This document shows positions 26,096 to 38,402 of a stretch of 64,000 nucleotides of DNA, piece by piece. Location: NCBI RefSeq assembly GCF_006345805.1, contig NC_043008.1, positions 59,210,001-59,274,000 of the forward strand. The letters run 5' to 3'. Made by a program: the position numbers and the translations under genes. Each line of letters starts with the position of its first letter. The first letter of the stretch is position 1. The notes under the pieces were generated by a model that was not told the DNA's origin, searched no databases, and saw nothing but the letters and a program-made list of their open reading frames with translations. Source of the stretch: Octopus sinensis. Taxonomy: Eukaryota.

Positions 26096-27200
26096 AGTAG
26101 ACGTAGCAGGAGGATAAAACCGCCAATAGTCTACGTGTAGTTACATTTTAGAAATGATCGGAAGTAGATGGACAAAGAGAAAGTGTTTTCTGGGACAGGA
26201 GAGTGTGAAGAATGGTTGTGTGTATGTATGTGTATGTGTGCGTGCGCGCGGTGGTAGTAGCATGTGTATGTGGTAGCGTGTGTGCATGTGGCAGTAACTG
26301 AGTGTATTGTGTGTCGCAGTAATTGAGTGTGTTTGTGTGTGTGTGACAGTAACTGAGTGTGTGTGTGTGTGTCAGTGTGCGTGGTAGCCTGTGTGCGCCT
26401 CATAAGAGCAAAATTCCCATCAGAGAATGAATCAGCATTATCTGTAAAATATGTGGAGATAGCAGAGGTGGAACATGCAACAACTTTAAATAATATTCAA
26501 CATAATATTATCCCACATAATATTCAAGAACAGATTCTCGCTCAAAGTAAATGCAGATATGAACTGTAAGACGCAGAATCTCATATACTGTATTACTTAC
26601 CCCAACTGGTAAATGGCGAGTTTGAGGTCTATTTCTAGCATAAGGCTGTCCACTATTAGTGGTCATTCCTCTAAATTTTGTATGTATAAAATTTTTAATC
26701 TTCGGATTTTTTAAAAATATGCTGGGCCACTGCTTTTAATTGATTAATACCAATTTCTACCCTTATTTAATTTTAAATAAAAAATGTTCTCTAGCCGGTA
26801 AATTAACTGCTGTAGTTTATTAACTGCCGAGTAATTTCCGATCTCAGCGTGCCAAAGTGAAGGCATTAGAAAGATACACATAAATATAATTTATGGAGCT
26901 TTATACATGCTGGATTTCGGTCGAGTGCCCTGTATCTAGTTCAAGAAATTGCATTTCGTAAGCGACAGACTATGCTGACGATCTTGCAGATGTTTACGTA
27001 TCCATATACGTAAATATTAACAAGTGAAACTATTTCTTCCATCCTACTTCCTAAATTTGACATCGTGAAAGGTCACCAGATCTTGTGAGAAAATGTGTTT
27101 ATTTACAAATATTTGATAAGTATACAATGGAAAAAGATTAAAAAAAAGAAATGGGAAAAAAATACTTTGGAATGAAATTTCACACGAAATTGAGACGAGG

Positions 27201-27257
<57 letters not shown>

Positions 27258-27951
27258 ATCTATCTATCTAGCTACCCTTTTCCCATCCTTTATTATTATT
27301 TTTTCTCCTATCTTGATTGTCCTGAAACATCCCCCCTCTTTCTCCCCTTGCTTTCTCTCTTTCTCTCTCTCCTTTTTTTCTGAAAAAGCAAAAACAATAT
27401 TAAAGGTCACCAGTCCTTGTGAGAAAACGTATTTATTTACAAAATGTGACGAAAAAAGAAATAAAGGAAAAAGGAAAAAAGAAAATACTTTAAAATGAAG
27501 TTTCAATGAATTCATCACACCAAATTGAAAAAAAAACCTCTCTCTCTATTTATCTATCTATCTCTCTATCTACCTATCCTTTCCCTATCCTTTATTATTT
27601 CTTTTCTCTTCTTACTTGATTGTCCTGAAACTTTCTTTCTATCTATCTCCTCCCACCACCACCACCATTTTGCTTTTCCTTCTCTCTCTGTCTCCTTTTT
27701 TTCAAAAGAACAAAAACAATACTCTCCTCTTCTAAGCCAAACAAAAAAAAACGTCCAACATCCAATTCATATAAATGAAAATGACTCGTTCTGTTTTATA
27801 CCATTTTGGTTTTGATTTTGTCTTGACGATTTCGATAAACGAACGAAAGCGCTTATATAGGATTATCGAAAATTCTGACTGGCTCCTTTCCTGCAATATG
27901 CAATATCTGTGTACACCACTTCAAAAGCAGACACACACATACATACACACA

Positions 27952-28019
<68 letters not shown>

Positions 28020-28112
28020 AGTTATCCAAACAAGAAAACAAAAAGACAACACGCAAGCGTGTGGAACAAATAAAGTATTGTTGGACGCTCAGGAAAGAAG
28101 GGAAGAAGGAGG

Positions 28113-28146
28113 GTTTGACGTTCGAGCGGAGCTCTTTGTCGGAGAC
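28113..28146 (-). ncRNA. Decayed hammerhead motif in Penelope-terminus-like repeat
   Basis: Minus: gtct CCGACAA agagc-tcc-gctc GAAC GTC aaac. Confidence 0.45.
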
Positions 28147-28211
28147 ATAGGAAAAGGAAAGATCCCGAGAAGGGAAGACAAGAGGAAAAAAAAATCGCTA
28201 GTGATACAGAC

Positions 28212-28260
<49 letters not shown>

Positions 28261-28307
28261 ACACATACGCCCGCACACACCACCCCACACGCACGCACAC
28301 ACACAAG

Positions 28308-28341
<34 letters not shown>

Positions 28342-28455
28342 TATATATATATATACTATAATAATAATCCTGTTTTCTCCGTCAGAACATATGGATGAGA
28401 AAGAAGGGGAGATAGATTAACATTCAACAGACACTTTGATGTGGCGACTAGATTT

Positions 28456-28495
<40 letters not shown>

Positions 28496-28501
28496 GTGTG
28501 T

Positions 28502-28793
28502 GGAGGCGCAATGGCCCAGTGGTTAGCGCAGTGTACTCTCGGTTGTAGGATCGCAGTTTCGATTCCCAGACCGGGCGTTGTGAGTGTTTATTGAGCGAAA
28601 ACACCTAAAGCTCCACGAAGCTTCGGCAGGGTGTGGCGGCGACCCCTGCTGTACTCTTTCGCTACAACTTTCAGTCTTTCTTTTGTTGGCCTGCTCACTT
28701 AGCCAGCGGGGTGGCGTCATTTGAAGGCTAAAACAATGCGAAGCGCATTGAGACTAGCGATATGTAGCAACATCTGATAGCCCTGGTCGGTCA
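28502..28793 (+). mobile_element. tRNA-derived SINE family C
   Basis: ggaggcgcaatggcccagtggttag, tttcgattcccagaccgggcg; second copy at 55341-55643. Confidence 0.88.
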
Positions 28794-28807
28794 TATATAT
28801 ATATAGT

Positions 28808-28998
28808 GGCAGAATTCACGAAAAACAAAAGACGAAGATAGGTGGTGTAGACAACAAACAGTTGTATTAGTATAACGCTCAGGAAGTGAAAAAGTCTTTA
28901 ACGTTTCGAGCCTACGCTCTTCTACAGAAAGGAACACAGAAAGAAACAAGGAGAGAAAATAAAGAATGTGTAGTAGCTAGCGCTCTATCATGGCGAAT
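28808..28998 (-). mobile_element. Penelope terminal-repeat relative with hammerhead (28895-28932)
   Basis: Similar to 38300-38490; minus: cttt CTGTAGA agagc-gtag-gctc GAAAC GTT aaag. Confidence 0.7.
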
Positions 28999-29102
28999 AT
29001 ATATAAAACTAATGAATTTCTAACACGAATTCTCTCTCTCTCTCTCTTACACACACACACAAACACCGAATATGTATGTATATATATATATTATATATAT
29101 AT

Positions 29103-29169
<67 letters not shown>

Positions 29170-29358
29170 TATATATAAGGGCTTGTAAAATAAATTACTT
29201 TGCCACATACTGAACTCATTAGAAATAGCAGCTAAAGAAATTTCTTCTTCAGCTATTTCTAATACTTAAAGAAGATCTCTCTCAGATAGTGTTTGCCTAA
29301 ACCAACTCACAAAGGTATGGGGGAAAAAAACATTAAAAAATCAAGTGCAAAGGTTATT

Positions 29359-29411
29359 TGAGAACGTACGTTTTCTAGATTAGTCAATTCGACATTTCTT
29401 TCGTCAGCTCA
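29359..29411 (-). ncRNA. Type-I hammerhead motif (family c)
   Basis: Reverse complement of 30010-30061 with one extra A in the GAAA segment. Confidence 0.65.
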
Positions 29412-30009
29412 GAATTCCTTGAATCGGATTTGGGAACACTGAAAGTTGGAGCATACCCTTTCGCTGCTTCTTATCCCTTCTAGAATTCTGCTCGAACTAA
29501 AAGTGCTATCAAATCCGAATATGCAAGCGAAGAATTTCTGCTCTCCCCTTTCCACCAGCGTGGGTTAAAATTGACAAACACCATGTATTAACGGTGAAAA
29601 CCGCAGCATTTAACAGAGAGAGATAAATTATAATTTCAACAATTGAGGGTAAAATTAATTAATTATTAATCAATTTCACCAAGTATTCAGTATGTAAAGG
29701 GACCATTTTAGGCGAATTCAAAATATTACATTATATATAAGGGCTTAGTAAAATAAATTACTTTGCCACATACTGAACTCATTAGAAATAGCAGCTAAAG
29801 AAATTTCTTCAGCTATTTCTAATACTTAAAGAAGATCTCTCTCAGATAGTGTTTGCCTAAACCAACTCACAAATTTATCTCTCTCTGTTAAATGCTTGCA
29901 TATTCGGATTTGATAGCACTTTTAGTTCGAGCAGAATTCTAGAAGTGATAAGAAGCCGAAAGGGTATGCTCCCAACTTTCAGTGTTCCCAAATCCGATTC
30001 AAGGAATTC

Positions 30010-30061
30010 TGAGCTGACGAAAGAAATGTCGAATTGACTAATCTAGAAACGTACGTTCTCA
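30010..30061 (+). ncRNA. Type-I hammerhead motif (family c)
   Basis: tgag CTGACGA aaga-aat-gtc-gaatt-gac-taa-tcta GAAAC gtac GTT ctca; palindromic AACGTACGTT stem III. Confidence 0.75.
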
Positions 30062-30343
30062 AATAACCTTTGCACTTGATTTTTTAATGTTTTTTTCCCC
30101 CATACCTTTGTGAGTTGGTTTAGGCAAACACTATCTGAGAGAGATCTTCTTTAAGTATTAGAAATAGCTGAAGAAATTTCTTTAGCTGCTATTTCTAATG
30201 AGTTCAGTATGTGGCAATGTAATTTATTTTACTAAGCCCTTATATATAATGTAATATTTTGAATTCGCCTAAAATGGTCCCTTTACATACTGAATACTTG
30301 GTGAAATTGATTAATAATTAATTAATTTTACCCTCAATTGTTG

Positions 30344-30372
<29 letters not shown>

Positions 30373-30374
<2 letters not shown>

Positions 30375-30623
30375 ACGGGAAGCTTTATGAAAATAAACAA
30401 AAGACGAAGGCAGGTGGAAAACAAACGAACAATTGTATTAGTATGGCGCTCAGGAAATATAAATAAAACAAGTCTTAACGTTTCGAGCCTACGCTCTCAA
30501 CAGAAAGATCACAGAGAGAGAAAAACACAGAAAGAAGGGAGAAAAAAATGCGTGCAGTAGCTAACGAATCAACATGGCGATCTGATTTCGGCCAGAGGTC
30601 AAAGATCAAACATGAGTAAAAAG
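30373..30623 (-). mobile_element. Solo terminal fragment of the Penelope element at 37.7-43.2 kb, with hammerhead (30473-30508)
   Basis: Near-identical reverse complement of about 38256-38503; begins at a (TA)n tract. Confidence 0.9.
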
Positions 30624-30877
30624 GGGTTTGTATGATTGTGTATAGAGGGATATATATTATTCAAGGAATTCCAACTCTGTCTGTTTTTTTACGTTTTATT
30701 TATATTCTTTATAATATTAATGTAGAATATAGAATATATAGTCTAAATAGTATATATAGTAACATGAAATGAAGTATTGAGTGTCTTATTGAATAGATGA
30801 AATATTGAATATATATACTATATATATATATATATATAATATAATATATATATATATATATATATAACGAACAGTTC

Positions 30878-31005
30878 ATATCATCCCACCCCAAAACCCC
30901 AAGTTATTCCTTTAGTAAACAGGTCTTTAATTTCTATTGTTTGTGTATCATGCATGACAAATTTTAGGATTATCTTGTTAATATCATATCCGTTTATAAC
31001 AATTT
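30878..31005 (-). mobile_element. Dispersed repeat fragment (probable Penelope-like coding relic)
   Basis: ccccaagttatt...aaacaggtctttaat...ggattatcttgttaatatcatatccgtt recurs at about 33800-33912. Confidence 0.55.
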
Positions 31006-31729
31006 CTACTTCCTTTGTTGTTCGCATTGTTGTTGCAGTTTTCCTACATGTGTGGGGAAAATTTTTATTTCCTTGACTATCATTCAATGAAAAGCCTTTA
31101 TTCTTCTCCCTGTCCTTTTTTCTTCTTGTTCTTCATCTTCTTCCCTTTCACGTGTTTTCTTCCTTTCCTCCTCTGCCTTTTCCTTCTTTTCCTTCTTCTT
31201 TTCTTCTCCATTTCGTTCTTCCCGTCCTGTTCTTTCACTTCTTCTCCTCTTCCTTCTTCCACTTCCTTTTCTTCTTCCGCTTGTTTTTCTTCTGCTACTT
31301 CTTTTTCTTCTTTTCCGTCTTCCCTTCCTTGTTTTTTTCTTTTGTTCTTTCGATTCTTCATCCACGTATTTTTCTTTTCCTCTCCTCATCTTCCATCCCC
31401 TCATTCTTTCTTTTTTCTCCTCTTCCTCTCTTCCTCCTTCTCCTCCCCTTTTTTCTCCTCTTCCTCTCTTCCTCCTTCTCCTCCTTCTCTTTCTCCTCCT
31501 TCTCCTTCTTCCATCTAACATTCTGCTTTTTATTCTTTTCCTCATCCTCCTCCTCCTCCCCCCTTTTATCTTCTTCCTCTTCTTTTTCTTCTCAGTGTAC
31601 GGAACCCCTCCAAAGAACTGGCATATTACCACATTTTAATCCTTATTATTATTCTTAAGAATTTTTGACAGTAAACCTTCATTTTCAACATATTTGCTCA
31701 TTCCTGTATATTTTATTTTATATTTCGTT

Positions 31730-31959
31730 TACTTTTACTCTTTTACTCTTTTACTCTTTTACGTGTTTCAGTCATTTGACTGTGGCCATGCTGGAGCACC
31801 GCCTTTAGTCAAGCAAATCGACCCCAGGACTTATTCTTTGTAAGCCTAGTACTTATTCTATCGGTCTCTTTTGCCGCACCGCTATGTTACGGGGACGTAA
31901 ACACACCATCATCAGTTGTCAACCGATGTTGGGTGACAAACAGACACGCAAAATATACC

Positions 31960-31991
<32 letters not shown>

Positions 31992-32223
31992 CACCACACA
32001 TATATATATATAATATATATTATATATATAATATAATATATATCGCATATATATATATATATATATATACGACAGGCTTCTTTCAGTTTCCGTTTACCAA
32101 ATCCCCTCACAAGGCTTTGGTTGGCCCGAGGCTATAGTAGAAGACACTTGCCCAAAGTGCCACGCAGCGGGACTGAACCCGGAACCATGTGGCTCGTAAG
32201 CAAGCTACTTACCACACAGCCAT
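31730..32223 (-). mobile_element. SINE family B, full length
   Basis: Same blocks as 17185-17607 with an expanded internal (CA)/(TA) tract. Confidence 0.9.
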
Positions 32224-32648
32224 TCTTACTTGCATGATCATAATTCATCCTACCAGACACACAAGATCTGAAATTGTGAGGGAATGGATCAGTCGATTAT
32301 ATTGACCCCAGTACTCAACTGGTACTTCTTTCATCGACCCCAGTATTCAACTGCTACTTATGGCATGAAGATTTCAAAAGAGAGTGGATAAGAAATATTG
32401 GTGTAGAAAAGTGCAGCCAATGTCAGAAGCAGCAAACCCCAGAAGCTGCTTTTTTGTTTTCTAAATACAATTTGTTACACCTTGAAGAAAAACAGACAGA
32501 TAGTCCTCACCAGGAACAGACAACCGTGAAATCGCTTATTCGTGAAAATCGACGAATAATCTCTGTTGAAAGTTAGTTGATGAAGTGCCCAAATGATAAA
32601 TCAAGCAATTAGCTAAACGGTTAATTGGTTACCTCATTAGTCACTACA

Positions 32649-32688
<40 letters not shown>

Positions 32689-32697
32689 ATAATAATA

Positions 32698-32754
<57 letters not shown>

Positions 32755-32867
32755 TAACAATAATAATAATAATAATAACAATAATAATAATAATAACAAC
32801 AATAATAATAACAATAACAATAACAATTAGAATAGTAATAATAATAACAATCATAATATTAACAATC

Positions 32868-32908
<41 letters not shown>

Positions 32909-33307
32909 TATAATTATAATAATAATAATAAGTATTATTTCTATTCAGGAACAAGGCCTTGAAAATTTCTTTGAAAAAAAGGAGCTTATAGATTACATCG
33001 GCCCCGGTAGATAACGGGTACTTATTTCGTCGACCCCCGGAAGGATTAAAAGCAAAGTCGACCTCGGCAGAATTTGAACTCAGAATGTAGCGCTCGGCGT
33101 ACTACCGATTCTGCCATCTCGCCACGCTACATGATATTGATGATGATGATGATGGTAATGATGACGAGGAAGAAGGGGATGAGGAGATGTGCATACATAG
33201 AAACATACATAAATACATACACATACACGCACGCTTATATATTTGTATGTGTATATATATGTGTGTATATATATATATAATATATTTTTTATTTATTATA
33301 TATAAGG

Positions 33308-33355
33308 AGCTTCTACAGGACTAGTACTGTTTCATTCAGGAATCTTCAGGAAGCT
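33308..33355 (-). ncRNA. Stand-alone type-I hammerhead motif inside (TA)n
   Basis: Minus: agcttc CTGAAGA ttcctgaat GAAACAG tactagtc CTGT A gaagct; 6-bp stem I, 4-bp stem III, weak stem II. Confidence 0.7.
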
Positions 33356-33644
33356 ATATATAATATATATATATATATATATAATATATATCTATATATA
33401 TATATATCATACATACACCACATGATAAAAGAATAGTCGGCATCCGTCGAAATTTCGAATCGTCAATCAAATGCGGACTTTTTGGTAAATACAAATATAT
33501 GTTAGTGGGGTGTGGGGGGCGCGCGCAAGGTGTTTGTGTGTTCGTGTGCAATACGAAATGAATTTTCCTATAAAATATCAACAAATTCGACTAATACACC
33601 AGACACACACACACACATACACACCACACGTATATATATATTAT

Positions 33645-33675
<31 letters not shown>

Positions 33676-33700
33676 ATAATATATATAATACATACGCACA

Positions 33701-33751
<51 letters not shown>

Positions 33752-34007
33752 TATATGTATGTTTGTATGTATATATATATATAACGAATAGCTAGATATC
33801 ATCCCTAAACCCCAAGTTATTTCTTTGTAAACAGGTCTTTAATTCCTATTGTTTGTGTATCATGCATGACAAATTTAGGATTATCTTGTTAATATCATAT
33901 CCGTTCATAAAAATTTCTTTTTTCTTATTCCTGCTAGTTTTTTTATTTTAATTATTTAATAAAATAGTGTTTCTTCTTCTATTCTCGTTTTATTTTCTTT
34001 CCATCAT

Positions 34008-34047
<40 letters not shown>

Positions 34048-34189
34048 GAGATTATAATGATGATGATCATCATCGTTATCATCGTCATTCTCCTCATCGT
34101 CAACTTCGCCTCATTGTTCTTGTTTGTTTTTGATCTTTTTCTTTATTTTTCAGCCTTTTATTTTATTTTTATTTTTTTTATTTTTATGC

Positions 34190-34388
34190 CTCCCTTAGCA
34201 AGCGCGGCAAAATGCTTAGCGGTATTTCGTCCGCCATCATGTTCTGAGTTGAAATTCCGTCGAGGTCGGTTTTGCCTTTCATCCTTCCGGACTCGGTAAA
34301 ATAAGTGCCAATTGAGTCCTGGGGGTCGATGTATTCGACTATGTCCCTCTCCCAAGTTTCAGGCCTTGTGCCTTTAAAAGAAAGGATT
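34190..34388 (+). mobile_element. SINE family A variant with alternative tail
   Basis: gcttagcggtatttcgtcc, gcctttcatccttccgg core, tttcaggccttgtgccttt tail shared with 63498-63720. Confidence 0.75.
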
Positions 34389-34504
34389 TGCCTCTGTTAG
34401 CAATCATGGCAAAATGCTTAGCATCCGTCATCTGAGTTCAAATTACACCGTGTTTGAATTTACGTGCTACCCATTCAGGGTTGATTTAATAAAGTACCAG
34501 GCAA

Positions 34505-34660
34505 ATACTTATTTACTTTATTTACATTGAACGGATATGTGTCCTCATCTTCTTTGTTGTTACCACAACGTTTCGGCTGATTTACTCCCCAGCCTTCATC
34601 AGGTGTCCTGAAAAAAATTTGAACTCAACCCTACGTTTCCAATTCCTAAGATATTTTCTT
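34505..34660 (-). mobile_element. Hammerhead-tail repeat (family a), ribozyme motif at 34562-34607
   Basis: Similar to 4271-4415; minus: gacac CTGATGA aggctg-gggagtaaat-cagcc GAAAC GTT gtggt. Confidence 0.75.
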
Positions 34661-34672
34661 TTGCTGATGTTA

Positions 34673-34734
<62 letters not shown>

Positions 34735-34735
<1 letters not shown>

Positions 34736-34885
34736 TGTCCTTGCACAGCTTCTAAAGCTGGAGATATACTACAGTATCAGCTGTTCACTACCAGTGAACT
34801 AAGGTAACACCTCTAATTTTTTGAGCACCTTCTGGAGTATTCGAACGGTTGCAAGCGGTGCTGATTTCTGCAAGTGCTCCCCCTT
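34735..34885 (-). mobile_element. RLE-type LINE extreme 3-prime end with (AAT)n tail
   Basis: GEHLQKSAPLATVRILQKVLKKL resembles the QKxxLLGTARILRKVL terminus. Confidence 0.6.
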
Positions 34886-34907
34886 ATTATTATTATTATC
34901 ATCATCA

Positions 34908-34956
<49 letters not shown>

Positions 34957-34957
<1 letters not shown>

Positions 34958-35500
34958 GAGTGAGAGAGCAGTGCATGCCATTTAAGTGATACTGGGGTAA
35001 AATTTTCGAAGCCCAATATATCCATCATGACTACCCATCTGATAAGGGTACACTAGGCACATGCATCACCATCATATGTGCGTGACATGGTGATCTCATA
35101 TCAAGATAAACAGCACATGACCTTGCAGGTAGGGCCCAGTTCTGGTCGAGTAACCCATCCCGCTCAAAAGGTCCCTGAATAAGGGTTGTTTAAGGATGTT
35201 GAACGAAACACCCATGTTTCCAGAGGTGAATTATTCAAACCCCAAAGAATCCCTCTCAACACATGGCTATGATGCTCCCTCACTACTTCTGCTCATGATC
35301 AGAGATGCACATATCGTCAGCCACTAAGGGACATGCTCAACTGTGTTAAGGCCAAACAACTGACAGCAAATCTGTGGTATTGAGCAGAATATTTGCTGTA
35401 GCCCATTTTATTACCAAGGACAAAACAACGTACATGATAACACTTCCAATCAGTTAAGATCAGAAGCGACGAGAGCACTGCCTGGTACTGCATCAGGGCA
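34957..35500. mobile_element. Dispersed ~550-bp repeat abutting (TTA)n
   Basis: gagtgagagagcagt...gtttccagaggtgaattattcaaac...cacttccaatcagttaagatcagaa; second copy at 62968-63405. Confidence 0.85.
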
Positions 35501-35522
35501 TTATTATCATTATTTTATATTA

Positions 35523-35612
35523 TTGGTGGTAGTAGTAGTATTATTATTATTATTTTTCATATTATTATTATTATTATTATTATTATCATTATTATTATTA
35601 TTATTATTATTA

Positions 35613-35652
<40 letters not shown>

Positions 35653-35708
35653 CATTATTATTATTATTATTATTATTATATTACTTATTATTATCCTTAT
35701 TATTATTA

Positions 35709-35743
<35 letters not shown>

Positions 35744-35810
35744 TTCATTATTATTTTCATTATTATTATTATTATTATTATTATTTCATATTATTATTAT
35801 TATTATTTTA

Positions 35811-35850
<40 letters not shown>

Positions 35851-35855
35851 CATTA

Positions 35856-35898
<43 letters not shown>

Positions 35899-35901
35899 TA
35901 T

Positions 35902-35936
<35 letters not shown>

Positions 35937-36342
35937 TTCATTATTATTTTCATTATTATTAATTATTATTATTATTATTATCATTATTATTATTATTGGT
36001 GGTAGTAGTAGTTGTAGTAGTAGTAGTAGTGTCATTGTTGTTGCTGTTGAGATGATGATGATGATGATGTTGGTGGTGTTAGTAATATCTTGGTGTTATT
36101 GTTTCAATTGCAGTGCTTATTTAGTGAGATGAATGTCAGTTGATATTTCGAAATTTGATTTCCTTGTTAGTTTTAAGAAAGGCAAAAAGAAAAAAAAATG
36201 GCTGAGCAAAGCAACAACAGCAACAACAACAACAACAACAGTAACAGCAACAATACCTAAAATGGTAACAACGGTATCAGCAATATCACAGAAACAACAA
36301 CAATAATAAAAACAAGAACGATTGCAGTGAGATAGCAGCAGC

Positions 36343-36388
<46 letters not shown>

Positions 36389-36472
36389 ATAGTAGGGTGG
36401 TGGTGGTGTTGGTGGTGGTAGCGGCTGCGGCGGTGGTGGTGGTGGTGGTAGTGGTGATGTTGGTGGTGGTGT

Positions 36473-36514
<42 letters not shown>

Positions 36515-36623
36515 CAGCAGCAATGGTGGTGACGGCTGTGTCGGAGATGGTTCCAGTGAATAAGATGGATGGATGTAGCGGTCGTGATGATGGTGGTAAA
36601 AACCGGGGGCTGTGGTAGTGCTC

Positions 36624-36661
<38 letters not shown>

Positions 36662-36690
36662 TGTTGTTGTTGTTGTTGTTGAAACAAGAA
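35523..36690. repeat. (TTA)n, (TAG)n, (GGT)n, (AAC)n compound tracts
   Basis: Direct reading. Confidence 0.93.
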
Positions 36691-36989
36691 GAGTTGTATT
36701 AAAAAAAAAACAGAAAACGGCTAAGAAAAGAAGAACGGAAAAAAATACAATGAAGTCGCGATGAAATAGAATAAACCATATTTCATATCTGTATATGTTG
36801 ACAAATATATTTCTCTGTGTTATAAGAACACAACAACAACAACAATAGCAATAACAAGCAAATATGCAAACAAAAACAATGTCAGTAAATGGCTAAAATC
36901 AATGAAGCAACAACATGAACGAAATGACGAATCACTTGTGTGGTGTTTCCGTCCTTTGTTTATTAATTAGAATCAGGGTATTTATTTGA

Positions 36990-37500
36990 GATATCAAATA
37001 TTTGCTTACGATGTATGTGTGTGTGTATGTATGTATGTATGGATGGATGTATGTATGTATGTATGTATGTATGCATGTATATATGTGTGTATGTATATAT
37101 GTGTGTATGTATGTATGTGTGTATGTATGTATGTATGCATGTATGTATGTATGTATGTATGTATGTATGTATGTGTGTATCATGTAAGCATGCGTGTATT
37201 ATGTTAGTGTGTGTGTGTTTGTATATTTTTTCACACACACACACACATACATATATGCGTGTGTGTATGTATATTTATGTATATGTGCGTGTATTTGCGT
37301 GTATGTGTGAGTTTGAGCATGCATTCTGTATGTATGTATATAAGTGAGTGTATTTGTGTTTACAGACATACACACACACGGACATATATATATATATATG
37401 TGTGTGTGTATGTTTGTATGTATATATATATATATATACGTGTGTATGCATATGTGCATGTGTTGCGTGTATGTTTGCGTGTGTTTGAGTGTATGTATGT
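36990..37500. repeat. (TATG)n/(TG)n compound microsatellite
   Basis: Direct reading. Confidence 0.93.
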
Positions 37501-38364
37501 ATGTATTGTTGATCACGGTGGTGTGAATTTCAAGTCTCAAGAAAATCTTCATGTGAATTATATATATATTCTTTGCAATGAAATCTATTTTAAATCATTT
37601 TTTTTGTTATCACTGTTATATTATTTTTTTTTTTTTCATATTTTTAGATTTTTCATTTATATATAATATATATATATATATTATATATATATATATATAT
37701 ATAATATACTTCCCTCTTTCCTCCTTCATCCCCTCATCCCCTTCCTTCCTCCCCCCTTCTCCTCCCCCTCTTCTTCCCCTCCCCTTCTCTCCCCCTCTTC
37801 TCCCCTCCCCCTCTTCTCCTCACTACACCACATGACTTTACACATCACAATCACATATGATGTGCCATACTAATACACACACCAATTAATACATACTAAT
37901 ACGTACTAATACATACTAGTCATACTAATACTTACACCAACCCTATACATACACACGTCCAGACCCCGCATACGCCTTATACTCTCTCTCACACACACCC
38001 ACACACCTATACATACCAATACGTACTAATACATACTAATACATACTATACATACACCAACCCCATACATACGCACGTCCAGACCAATCTTACGCACTAA
38101 TACTCTCTCATACACACACACACACACCCCCTTATACATACTAATACATACACCAACCCTATACATACACACATCCAGACCCCTCCCACGCACTTTTAGC
38201 TGGTCCCTCAACCCTTTTATCAACCCTATTATCTCCCCTTATTTCGCTCTCGCGTCTCATGTTTGATCTTTGACCTCTGGCCGAAATCAGATCGCCATGT
38301 TGATTCGTTAGCTACTGCACGCATTTTTTCTCTCCTTCTTTCTGTGTTTTTCTCTCTCTGTGTA

Positions 38365-38402
38365 TCTTTCTGTTGAAGAGCGTAGGCTCGAAACGTTAAA
38401 GA
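38365..38402 (+). ncRNA. Minimal type-I hammerhead motif with CUGUUGA core (family b)
   Basis: tcttt CTGTTGA a gagc-gtag-gctc GAAAC GTT aaaga. Confidence 0.7.

Larger units (their letters stand above)
29170..30344. mobile_element. Tandem + fold-back array of a 562-bp hammerhead-bearing unit
   Basis: aagggctt at 29177 and 29739; inverted copy 29874-30344; flanked by (TA)n. Confidence 0.9.

Noticed and set aside
31015-31658. Lys/Arg/Glu-rich and Phe/Ser-rich ORFs
   Set aside because: Polypurine/polypyrimidine low-complexity tract
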